Of a DNA stretch of 42,445 nucleotides, positions 26,300 to 34,187 are shown in pieces. Location of the stretch: IMG/VR virus record IMGVR_UViG_3300037515_000112, positions 1 to 42,445 of that record; one strand, 5' to 3'. The position numbers and the translations under genes were made by a program. Under the pieces are notes generated by a model. It was not told the DNA's origin and made no database searches. It was given only the letters and a program-made list of their open reading frames with translations. This DNA is from a virus. Lineage: Duplodnaviria; Caudoviricetes. The stretch's first letter is position 1, and each line of letters opens with the position of its first letter.

Positions 26300-27232
26300 A
26301 TGCCGGATCAGTTTACTGATTCTGTTGCGATTGCTAATCAGGTTCAGACTGCTTACGACCGTGCTGCGATGTTTGCTCTTAGGAGCGATGTCGTGTTCGC
26401 TCAGGTAGCGTCGGTTCGCCCTGGAAATGTCACTAACCCCGGTAACCCGGTCAAGTTTACTTTCTGGGATGATCTGGCCGTTTCGACAACCGCACTCAGC
26501 GAAACCGTTGATGTGGATGCCGTTGCCCTGTCGGATTCTCAGGTCACAGTCACCCCCGCGGAGCATGGTAACGCAATCCTGCTTACCTTGAAGGCCCAAA
26601 CGGATACCTTCTTGGTTGGATTCGATGCCGATGCTGCGAATATCGTGTCGTACAACATGGTCGAAACCATCGACCGTCTTGCCCGTAACGCATTGGACCT
26701 TGCGACCAATGTGACCTACAAGGGTCAGACGAACGAGGCTTCGATTGTGGCTACCAACATCATCACGGCGGCTCTCATCAGGCAGCAACATGCTGCTCTG
26801 GCGGGCGCTTCTAGCCGTCCTGCTGCTGGTAACCTGTACTGGTCCGCTATTCACCCGGACGTGGCCTACGATCTGAAGTCCGAGACTGGCGATGCGGGTT
26901 GGCTTGTGCCTGCTGCGTATGTGGACACTCAGCGTGTCTACAACAATGAGATTGGAACCTTCGGTGGTTTCCGTTTCCTTGAAACGCCGCGTGCCAAGCT
27001 GAACGAGGACGGCGGCGATACGAATGTGGATACGTACACTACCTACTTCCTGGGCTCCGAAGCCTTGGGTGAGGCTGTGTCGATTCCTCCGCATACGGTG
27101 ATTGGTCCCGTGACTGACAAGTTGATGCGGTTCCGGCCTTTGGGCTGGTACGGCTATCTTGGCTTCGGGATCGTCCGTCAGCCTTCGGTCCGTAGGATCG
27201 TAAGCTCGTCTAGCATCGGGGACAACGCCTAA
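26300..27232 (+). CDS. Major capsid protein (N4-gp56 type)
   Basis: TAYDR..FALR, PGNPVKF, EHGNAI, IHPDVAYDL, EIGTFGGFRFLET, DKLMRFRPLGWY. Confidence 0.9.
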   Translation: MPDQFTDSVAIANQVQTAYDRAAMFALRSDVVFAQVASVRPGNVTNPGNPVKFTFWDDLAVSTTALSETVDVDAVALSDSQVTVTPAEHGNAILLTLKAQTDTFLVGFDADAANIVSYNMVETIDRLARNALDLATNVTYKGQTNEASIVATNIITAALIRQQHAALAGASSRPAAGNLYWSAIHPDVAYDLKSETGDAGWLVPAAYVDTQRVYNNEIGTFGGFRFLETPRAKLNEDGGDTNVDTYTTYFLGSEALGEAVSIPPHTVIGPVTDKLMRFRPLGWYGYLGFGIVRQPSVRRIVSSSSIGDNA

Positions 27233-27510
27233 TGTTGTGGACACGTGACGCTCAGAACGCTGCTGCTATCGGTAGCCTGTTCGGTAACGGACAGGTTGCT
27301 GCTGGTACGGCTGCCTACAACGACACTTCTACAGCTCTGGTGGTTGCAAACCCCTTGGGCGCTGCGGTGGACTTCGCGATTATTGGTCATGGGGTGCAGG
27401 CAGATGGAACTCTCCGTCTTGCCTCGTCCAATACCACTTCGTTGACGTTCGCTCGCACGGCGACTACGAACGATGTTGTCGTTTCGTTTATCGTCGGAAT
27501 CAACGCGTAG
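27232..27510 (+). CDS. Small Ala/Thr-rich virion protein (possible capsid decoration)
   Basis: TAATG coupling to the capsid gene; beta-rich composition. Confidence 0.6.
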   Translation: MLWTRDAQNAAAIGSLFGNGQVAAGTAAYNDTSTALVVANPLGAAVDFAIIGHGVQADGTLRLASSNTTSLTFARTATTNDVVVSFIVGINA

Positions 27511-27605
27511 CAAACTGGCAATCTGACTTAGCATCCGGGTAGGGTCTAGCGCCTGGGAACAGAAAGGCTAGACGGGTTGACGGCCTCCCCACTGAGGCCC
27601 GTAAC

Positions 27606-27641
27606 GGCGGGAGCCCTCTGCGAGAGCGGGGGGCTTCTGCT
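27606..27641 (+). terminator. 16-bp hairpin with GAGA tetraloop after the capsid genes
   Basis: GGCGGGAGCCCTCTGC-GAGA-GCGGGGGGCTTCTGCT (several G-U pairs). Confidence 0.6.
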
Positions 27642-28397
27642 ATGATGGCGACCTCTATGGGTCGCCAGCATCACAAGAGCAGTAAGAGCAAGCCTGCTAC
27701 CCAGAACAGGGTGATGGTAGCGAACCTGAATCCTGGCTTGGTGACGGCTGAGTTCGCGCAGGGCTTGGCCCTGCTCTCACTGGAGAACCCCCACGGTGCT
27801 ATTGTGGGTACTCTGTTCACTAGGGCTACCCGTGCCGCGGCTGGTCGCAATACGGCTATCCGTAGGTTCTTGGAGGATGGTGATGCGGAGTGGCTGCTGT
27901 GGATTGACTCGGACATGGTGTTCGACGCTGCGGCTTTCAAGGTCATCTACGACGAGGCTGTCAACAACCCTGATGTGAAGATCAGTGCCGGTCTGTGTTT
28001 CATGTGGGATGAGGGCACTCATACGATCCTCCCGAATATCTTTCACCGTAAGGGCAACGTGTACGAGTCTGATCGGTTTTACACTCCTGGTGAGCGGTTC
28101 TGGTGTGATGCTACTGGGGTGGCGTTCGTACTGATTCACAAGGATGTGTTTGAGGCTGTGGGCTATCCGTGGCATCAGGACTGGTTTGAGCATCCTGAGC
28201 TGGGTGGCGAGTTGTCGCATGACATTTCGTTCTTCCACGAAGCGGGAAAGCATGGGTTCCGTGTAAGGTATTGTGCTGATGCGAAGGTTGGTCATGTGAA
28301 GTCGTGGCAGGTGCATGAGTCGTCGTATGCTCAGCAGTTGGCGATTCAGCGTGAGATTCTGGATGGTGTCGTAGAAGGAGAGGTTGTAGATGTCTGA
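27642..28397 (+). CDS. GT-A fold (GT2-like) glycosyltransferase
   Basis: GRN..IRRFL, WLLWIDSD (DxD), ATGVAFVLIHKDVF, SHDISF, VGHVK; start may be 27657. Confidence 0.88.
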   Translation: MMATSMGRQHHKSSKSKPATQNRVMVANLNPGLVTAEFAQGLALLSLENPHGAIVGTLFTRATRAAAGRNTAIRRFLEDGDAEWLLWIDSDMVFDAAAFKVIYDEAVNNPDVKISAGLCFMWDEGTHTILPNIFHRKGNVYESDRFYTPGERFWCDATGVAFVLIHKDVFEAVGYPWHQDWFEHPELGGELSHDISFFHEAGKHGFRVRYCADAKVGHVKSWQVHESSYAQQLAIQREILDGVVEGEVVDV

Positions 28398-29322
28398 TAA
28401 CAAACGTGTTATCGTTACCGGAGGCTCAGGCTTCCTCGGCTCGTACGCGGTGGCCCGCCTGTGGGCGGAGGGTTTCGAGCCGTATGTCTTTGACAGGGCG
28501 CTGCACGCCGGTCTGGACATCACAGACAAGGGCGCAGTCGCAGCCTACTTCCTCGCTGCCGATCCGTATGCAGTAATACACCTTTCGGGCGTATTGGGTA
28601 CGCATGAACTCTACGACAACGTGGGCGAGGCGGTGGCTGTGAATGTGGGTGGCATGGCGAATGTGCTGTCTGCTGTCCGCGAGGCCAACGAGAGAGCGCC
28701 TGTGCGCCTCGTAGTGGTCGATCAGCCGCATATCTGGACTAACCCCTACGAAACCACTAAGGAGGCCGCTGTGAGGCTTGCTAGGGGCTTCTCGCAGGAG
28801 TTTGGGTTCCCGCTCACTACCGTTGTCCCGTACAATGCGTTCGGTCCTGGTCAGGCGCATGGTCCCGGGCATCCCCAGAAGATCATTCCTACCTTTGCTA
28901 CGAAGGCTTGGCTCGGGGAGCCGCTGCCCATCTGGGGTGACGGCAGCCAGGTAGTTGACCTGGTGTGGGCTGGGGATGTTGCTGATGCCCTGGTGAGGGG
29001 CATCCACAATGGTAAGGTTGGCGGCTATGAGTCTCATGCTGGTACGGGTGAGGGGTTCACGGTGAACGAGGTTGCGGAGTATGTGTGGGGGTGGGTCAGG
29101 TTCGTGAGGCGCAGCCGAGGCGAGCATGTCCCCCTCACGTTCTATGGCCCACCCATCGACTATCTGCCGATGCGTCGGGGAGAAACCTCTGTTGACCCGA
29201 GGCTGTCTATCAGTCCGTTTGCTAACTATCCTTTCCGTCTGGATCGTTTGCGGGAAACGGTGGAGTCGTATGAGCCTGGAGCTAAGACTTGGGTGGCGAC
29301 TCGGGTGACTGGGAATGTATGA
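28390..29322 (+). CDS. NAD-dependent nucleotide-sugar epimerase/dehydratase (extended SDR)
   Basis: VTGGSGFLG, YETTK (YxxxK), YNAFGPGQ, IWGDGSQVVDLVWAGDVA. Confidence 0.92.
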   Translation: MSDNKRVIVTGGSGFLGSYAVARLWAEGFEPYVFDRALHAGLDITDKGAVAAYFLAADPYAVIHLSGVLGTHELYDNVGEAVAVNVGGMANVLSAVREANERAPVRLVVVDQPHIWTNPYETTKEAAVRLARGFSQEFGFPLTTVVPYNAFGPGQAHGPGHPQKIIPTFATKAWLGEPLPIWGDGSQVVDLVWAGDVADALVRGIHNGKVGGYESHAGTGEGFTVNEVAEYVWGWVRFVRRSRGEHVPLTFYGPPIDYLPMRRGETSVDPRLSISPFANYPFRLDRLRETVESYEPGAKTWVATRVTGNV

Positions 29323-29371
29323 ACTCTCAGGAGCGTTCTTTTGGGGAATGTCTACATTGGGAGAGGGATAG

Positions 29372-29728
29372 ATGAGCGGCTTTAGCGAAGGGGCGAAAGA
29401 TACGGCCCTTGACGCTTTGACAGTGAACCAGATCAAACTACATGACGGCGATCCGGGCTCTGCTGGGACAGCCAACCGAGTCGGGGACACGAACGGGATC
29501 GAGGCCGCTACCTTCAACGCTGCGTCCAGTGGCGAACGAACCGTCAACGCTGACGTAGAGTTCACTGGGCTGGACCCGGATCAGGCGGTGACTTTCGCTT
29601 CTGCGTGGAACTCGTCTGGTGATGTGTTTCAGGGGTCGTCTGCTGTGACGGGGGATCAGGCAGCTAACGCTGCTGGTGCGTTCACTATCACGACTGGTTC
29701 CAAGTTTGTCATAAACGACCCGGCGTAG
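29372..29728 (+). CDS. Virion structural protein (LHxGDPG..GTAN family, fibre/appendage associated)
   Basis: IKLHDGDPGSAGTAN; SD upstream. Confidence 0.65.
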   Translation: MSGFSEGAKDTALDALTVNQIKLHDGDPGSAGTANRVGDTNGIEAATFNAASSGERTVNADVEFTGLDPDQAVTFASAWNSSGDVFQGSSAVTGDQAANAAGAFTITTGSKFVINDPA

Positions 29729-29731
29729 CCC

Positions 29732-30001
29732 GTGCTTCCCATCAAAGGGTGGCGCATCTACTACGCCGATGGGAGCGTGTTCACCGACCTCGAAGGTTCG
29801 TGGGCTGAGGCTCCACCGTTCGGTGTCCAAGCAATCGTCTACTACCACATGCCAGAGGGCACGACGATGACGATGGACCGGGACATCTACGAATACCTTG
29901 GCACCGAAGCTGGGGGCCAGCCATTCAAGATGGGTTTGTGGACTGACGGGGAATCGTATTGGCGGGTCCATGATGCGGTAACGGGTGAGGTTACCCCGTG
30001 A
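29732..30001 (+). CDS. Hypothetical protein
   Basis: WRIYYADGSVF..WAEAPPFGVQAIV; tiles the operon. Confidence 0.7.
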   Translation: MLPIKGWRIYYADGSVFTDLEGSWAEAPPFGVQAIVYYHMPEGTTMTMDRDIYEYLGTEAGGQPFKMGLWTDGESYWRVHDAVTGEVTP

Positions 30002-31056
30002 GTACCGTCTACTACCTAACATCCAGCGACCTCTTAGTTAGTGACGCTCCGGGGAGCGGGACGCAGGACGCCACCACGGGGGTCGGCGAAACTCTCGACC
30101 AGGTGTACACGCACGCTGATGCCCCGTCCGACACGGGCATCACCGGCGACTACGCTGCCGCTCTAGTCCTGTCCGTAGCGTCCGCCGATCAGAACATTTC
30201 GGTGGCGTGGGCCAGGGTCAGTTCGGGTGGCTCGGTCCAAGCAACCTCGTCGTTCACTAGCGAGCAGGAGTCCGCGGTTGGGACGCTTGACTTCTCAGCG
30301 TCCTCCGTTGATCTGGGTACTTGGGCTTCGGGTGACCGGCTCCGCCTTATCGTCCGCACTCGCGACCTTCGCACGATGGGTGGTGGCACCCGAACCACCA
30401 CCTACGACTTCGGATCGTCGGGGTCAACGACGACGGCACCGTGGGACACGGTGGGGCCACCTGGGGAGGGTACGGTAGAGTTCGCGGGTGTTGGCTCCCT
30501 GACGGTCGTCGGGGCCACAGACAAGTCGGGGTCGGTTGAGTTCCAGGGCGAGGGCGAGTTCGTGGCCGTGGGCTCCGCCCCGGTAATCCCCGTTCCCGAA
30601 GGGACCGCAACGCTCCAGGGTGTAGGTTCTTTGGTGATGGTTGGGTCTACTCCCGAACTGGCGGTCCCGACCGGCACCGTAGAGTTCGGTTCGGATGGTT
30701 CGCTTGTCATGGTGGGGTCCACCCCCGCTGATCCTGTTCCGGGGGGTACGGTCACCTTCGCCGCCTTCGGAAGTGTGACTTGGGTTGGGTCTGGTGGGCC
30801 GTCGTTCACTCCGCCCACCTACATTGTGCGCCCTAGGGTGGACCCGGAGCTGCCTTCCCTGTGGCGGAAAGGTCCGGGCATACCTACTGCTTACACGGTG
30901 TTGATAGAAGATGGGATTGCGAGTCCCCCACTGGCATCCGTACCGTCGTCGCGGCTAGCGGCAGCGGACAGGGTGTTCACTGGTGGACGCAGGTATGAGA
31001 TAACGGGAGATGAGGCTGACATTCTGGTGGCGGCAGGCTACGAGGTAGGCGGATAA
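29998..31056 (+). CDS. Virion appendage protein with five beta-repeats and C-terminal anchor domain
   Basis: Repeats G(T/S)VEF.G.GSL..VG; C-terminal FTPPT...FTGGRRYEI..EADILVAAGY. Confidence 0.65.
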   Translation: MSTVYYLTSSDLLVSDAPGSGTQDATTGVGETLDQVYTHADAPSDTGITGDYAAALVLSVASADQNISVAWARVSSGGSVQATSSFTSEQESAVGTLDFSASSVDLGTWASGDRLRLIVRTRDLRTMGGGTRTTTYDFGSSGSTTTAPWDTVGPPGEGTVEFAGVGSLTVVGATDKSGSVEFQGEGEFVAVGSAPVIPVPEGTATLQGVGSLVMVGSTPELAVPTGTVEFGSDGSLVMVGSTPADPVPGGTVTFAAFGSVTWVGSGGPSFTPPTYIVRPRVDPELPSLWRKGPGIPTAYTVLIEDGIASPPLASVPSSRLAAADRVFTGGRRYEITGDEADILVAAGYEVGG

Positions 31057-31058
31057 GT

Positions 31059-31397
31059 ATGTCATACTTCTGTTACGCCTGTGTTCAGCTCCGGTCCCTC
31101 TGCCCGCCCGGTAAGGAACCGGGTGGCTGTGCCGCCGTAGAAGCCGAGGCCGAGTTGTACTTCTATGAACGTGACCACGGACCCAAGCGGGTCTACTTGG
31201 GGTCGGTGCCTGGTGGCACGACTGCTGCTGCGAAGAAGCGTGACCAGTCCCGTGAGTTCGATGCTGGGCTCCACGCGTATCGTGAGGCGAAGCGTGCTGG
31301 GGAACAACCTGACAATACGAGTGTTGCAGGTGTTGAGAAGGCTAGGCGCAGGCAGGAACAGATGGACAAGGTTCAGCGGAGGGTAGACCGTGGCTAG
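31059..31397 (+). CDS. Conserved hypothetical protein of the head-tail module
   Basis: CYAC; LHAYREAKRAGEQP. Confidence 0.65.
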   Translation: MSYFCYACVQLRSLCPPGKEPGGCAAVEAEAELYFYERDHGPKRVYLGSVPGGTTAAAKKRDQSREFDAGLHAYREAKRAGEQPDNTSVAGVEKARRRQEQMDKVQRRVDRG

Positions 31398-32259
31398 GGC
31401 CGACTATGTTCAGCGGGTGAAGGAGATTCTGTACGGGTCTGCCATTGGCGAGGCACCACCCTTGCGGCTGGCTGCTGCCGACTCTGCGGAAACTATCTCT
31501 GGTCGTTCTGTGTCGTTCACTCTCGCTACGGGTGAGGGTGCGAAGGTGAAGCCCGGCCACTTCTTGGCCGTGGACGATGCCACCGACCCTGACGGGTGTT
31601 TCGGGGTGTATGTGACAGCGGTGAACGCCACTACGGATGTGGTCACTACGCTGATGCAGTATCGTGGGTCACCTGCGGTGACAGCCAACGATTTGGATGG
31701 GTTGGTGTTCGAGCAGAACCCTCTCGTACCGACCTTCAACATTCACAAGGCGGTGGACGATATCTTCGCTGCGAACCTGTACCCTGCCCTTTTCAAGTTT
31801 GAGCAACGAACCGTCACCCCTGACCTCACCAACTATCAGGTGGACATTCCTGCTACGGTGTTGGCGATTGACTCCGCCTTCCAGGTGATAGGCGGGTCGG
31901 CTACTTCTATCCCGTTCGGGGCGGTACGCAACACTGGTGTTTCCGACACTGGCGTTCTCGGTCAGTTCGGGTTCATTGACGGGTCCACCACCCATTACAC
32001 CGCTATTGAGAAGTATGCGATGGGGGATGAGACTACCTACCCGGAGCTGGTCGGCTGCGTGGCTACGGGCGCTGCTGCCCTGTGTTTGGGGGCGAGTATC
32101 AGTGAGTCTGCGTTGGCTTCGTCGTCGTCTGATTCACAGTCCCGTGGCGAACGGGACATCGGTTCTTCTCTGTGGCGTGACTTCCTAACTCTTAGGCAGG
32201 GCTTGACTGAGGGGCTGTCACGGGACCGTGGCAACCATCTTGTCATAGATAGGGGCTAG
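31390..32259 (+). CDS. Putative head-tail adaptor (tail tubular A-like)
   Basis: Position and size; helical N- and C-termini flanking beta domains. Confidence 0.55.
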   Translation: MARADYVQRVKEILYGSAIGEAPPLRLAAADSAETISGRSVSFTLATGEGAKVKPGHFLAVDDATDPDGCFGVYVTAVNATTDVVTTLMQYRGSPAVTANDLDGLVFEQNPLVPTFNIHKAVDDIFAANLYPALFKFEQRTVTPDLTNYQVDIPATVLAIDSAFQVIGGSATSIPFGAVRNTGVSDTGVLGQFGFIDGSTTHYTAIEKYAMGDETTYPELVGCVATGAAALCLGASISESALASSSSDSQSRGERDIGSSLWRDFLTLRQGLTEGLSRDRGNHLVIDRG

Positions 32260-32261
32260 CC

Positions 32262-34187
32262 GTGACTGCTGGCCGCTACGACATCACCCTAGCGGGTAAC
32301 AAGTACCGTATTCTGCGGGACGCTGAGATCGGCGGCTACCGTAAACGGTTCGAGCGTAGGCAAGTGTCTGAACAGCAGGCACGCAACGTGAACCGTTTGG
32401 TCTTGAACTCGCGTGGGGACCGTTCGGTGATGTGGCAGGATGACTGGTCTGGTGGTTCTGCTTGGTGGAAGCCGTTGATGTCGCAGTTGACTGCGACCAT
32501 GTACTTTGATGCTACGGCGATGGATGCGTTCTCGAAGCCTGGCGTGGTGTTGCCTACGAACAAGGCCACGAACCCTGCTGCTACGCTTGCTGCTGATTCC
32601 CCGATGTTCTCTGACGGGGCAGAAACCTACGCCGTCAGTTCCGATACGAGCGGGGCACCATCAGCCCACGACCTAGCGCGGTGGACCGGCTCAGACTGGG
32701 ACACGACCAGTCAGGGCAGCTCCGGTGTCCTATCCGGTGACCCCGTGTACGGGGTGGCGCACAAGGACGGCCTGTTCTATCTGCTGTCGGACGGGTATGC
32801 GGTCACTTTGGACCCCGGCACTTCGGCTGACCGGGACACCCTGACGGGGCTGACAGTCGCCCCCGGCGACAACATCTTCTTCTCCACGCAGGGCAGGCTC
32901 CTGCTGTATGTGGAGGGGATCATCCATGAAGTTGACCTGTCGGACATGTCTACCTCGGTGCTGGTGGACGACGGGTACGGTCCCGATGGGGTCGCGGGGT
33001 TGGGGACCAGCAACCCTCGCATGGCTGCTACCGATCCGAAGCTGGCCGTCGCCCACTCGTCAGGCGTGTTCTACGCGAAGAACGTGATGGTGGACGGGCA
33101 GCCCCAATGCTTCCTGTCAAGGGTGGATAGGGATGCGTCAGGGGCGCATATACGCTACCCGCTCACCACCCTACCGTTGGGTTTGATGTGCTTCGGGATC
33201 ACCGTCCATCTGGGTTCGGTGGTGATGGCGTGTACCCGTGACTGGCGGCTGCTGCTCGACAATGACACGACGGCTTCGCAGACCCCGATTGTGGAGTTCT
33301 ACGCGCAGACGCAGGGCTCCGGCCTGGCGGTGATCGGTTCGCCGCTGCGTGAGCGACCCACTGAGATGCCGGGTAAGTTCTTGGGGACAGACAACGAGTT
33401 CCTGTACATTGGGTCCGGTAAGCGTGTGTGGGTGTATGACGGTGCTAGGGGTGGGATTCATCCGTGGTTGAATCCTGCGGATCAGACTGGTGGCCTGTAC
33501 GACAGTGTGGCCTCGGTGACTTTGACGAGTGGCGGGTCTGCTCTCATGTTGAAGCGAGGCGCAGCGTCATCGTACTATCCGACGTTGGCGCTAGACCCTA
33601 CGACGGTAACGAACTTTGGTGACGACCTAACCACCTACTCTTTCGAGTCTAACTACTTTGACTTTGGGCTGCCGGCTGAGGAAAAGACGCTGCTGGAGGT
33701 AGACATCTTCACTGAACCTGCGACGGCGGATCAGCGGTTTACGCTTCAACTATCCGCTGATGATGGTGCTTTTGCTACTGTTGCTACGCACTCTAACGCC
33801 TCCTATTCACGGGCTCAGTTGTCGTCGCCGGTGACGGGCCGTAGGTTCCGGTACAAGGTGATCTACGAAACCAAGACTGCTGCCCTGGTTGGGTTGCGTG
33901 GCCTCCAGTGGGGGGCCGCGTCTGGGGTGATGGTTCCTGTGTGGTCGTTGGCGGTGAATGGCCGTGAGGTTCTGAATGTGGAGAATCAGGTGATGGACCC
34001 CGAGGATGTGTTCGACAACTTGGAGGCGTTGGCTGCCGGGTATGCGCCGGTTACCTTAGTAGATAACTTCCGGTCACAGAGAGTGGACGACTCTACCACT
34101 CATAGTGTGCTGGTGTATGAGGTCAACATCATCAAGAACGACCCGAACGAATCCATCATCTCGGTGGAGCTGGTCGGTAGTGACTAG
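32262..34187 (+). CDS. Putative tail nozzle (beta-propeller, tail tubular B-like)
   Basis: 641 aa beta-rich; WQDDWSGG; FESNYFDFGLPAEEK. Confidence 0.6.
   Translation: MTAGRYDITLAGNKYRILRDAEIGGYRKRFERRQVSEQQARNVNRLVLNSRGDRSVMWQDDWSGGSAWWKPLMSQLTATMYFDATAMDAFSKPGVVLPTNKATNPAATLAADSPMFSDGAETYAVSSDTSGAPSAHDLARWTGSDWDTTSQGSSGVLSGDPVYGVAHKDGLFYLLSDGYAVTLDPGTSADRDTLTGLTVAPGDNIFFSTQGRLLLYVEGIIHEVDLSDMSTSVLVDDGYGPDGVAGLGTSNPRMAATDPKLAVAHSSGVFYAKNVMVDGQPQCFLSRVDRDASGAHIRYPLTTLPLGLMCFGITVHLGSVVMACTRDWRLLLDNDTTASQTPIVEFYAQTQGSGLAVIGSPLRERPTEMPGKFLGTDNEFLYIGSGKRVWVYDGARGGIHPWLNPADQTGGLYDSVASVTLTSGGSALMLKRGAASSYYPTLALDPTTVTNFGDDLTTYSFESNYFDFGLPAEEKTLLEVDIFTEPATADQRFTLQLSADDGAFATVATHSNASYSRAQLSSPVTGRRFRYKVIYETKTAALVGLRGLQWGAASGVMVPVWSLAVNGREVLNVENQVMDPEDVFDNLEALAAGYAPVTLVDNFRSQRVDDSTTHSVLVYEVNIIKNDPNESIISVELVGSD

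Noticed and set aside
27200-27240. T7 10B-like -1 frameshift fusing the capsid to the 92-aa ORF
   Set aside because: The -1 frame has a TAG at 27211-27213 and no canonical slippery heptamer after it; TAATG coupling explains the overlap
27511-27605. Self-cleaving ribozyme or known riboswitch
   Set aside because: No hammerhead CUGANGA/GAAA core, HDV-like nested pseudoknot or known aptamer consensus could be built by eye
28426-29565. 379-aa antisense ORF and similar long shadow ORFs (17682..18797, 21081..22118, 26264..27244)
   Set aside because: Antisense to well-supported genes in GC-rich DNA; no motifs
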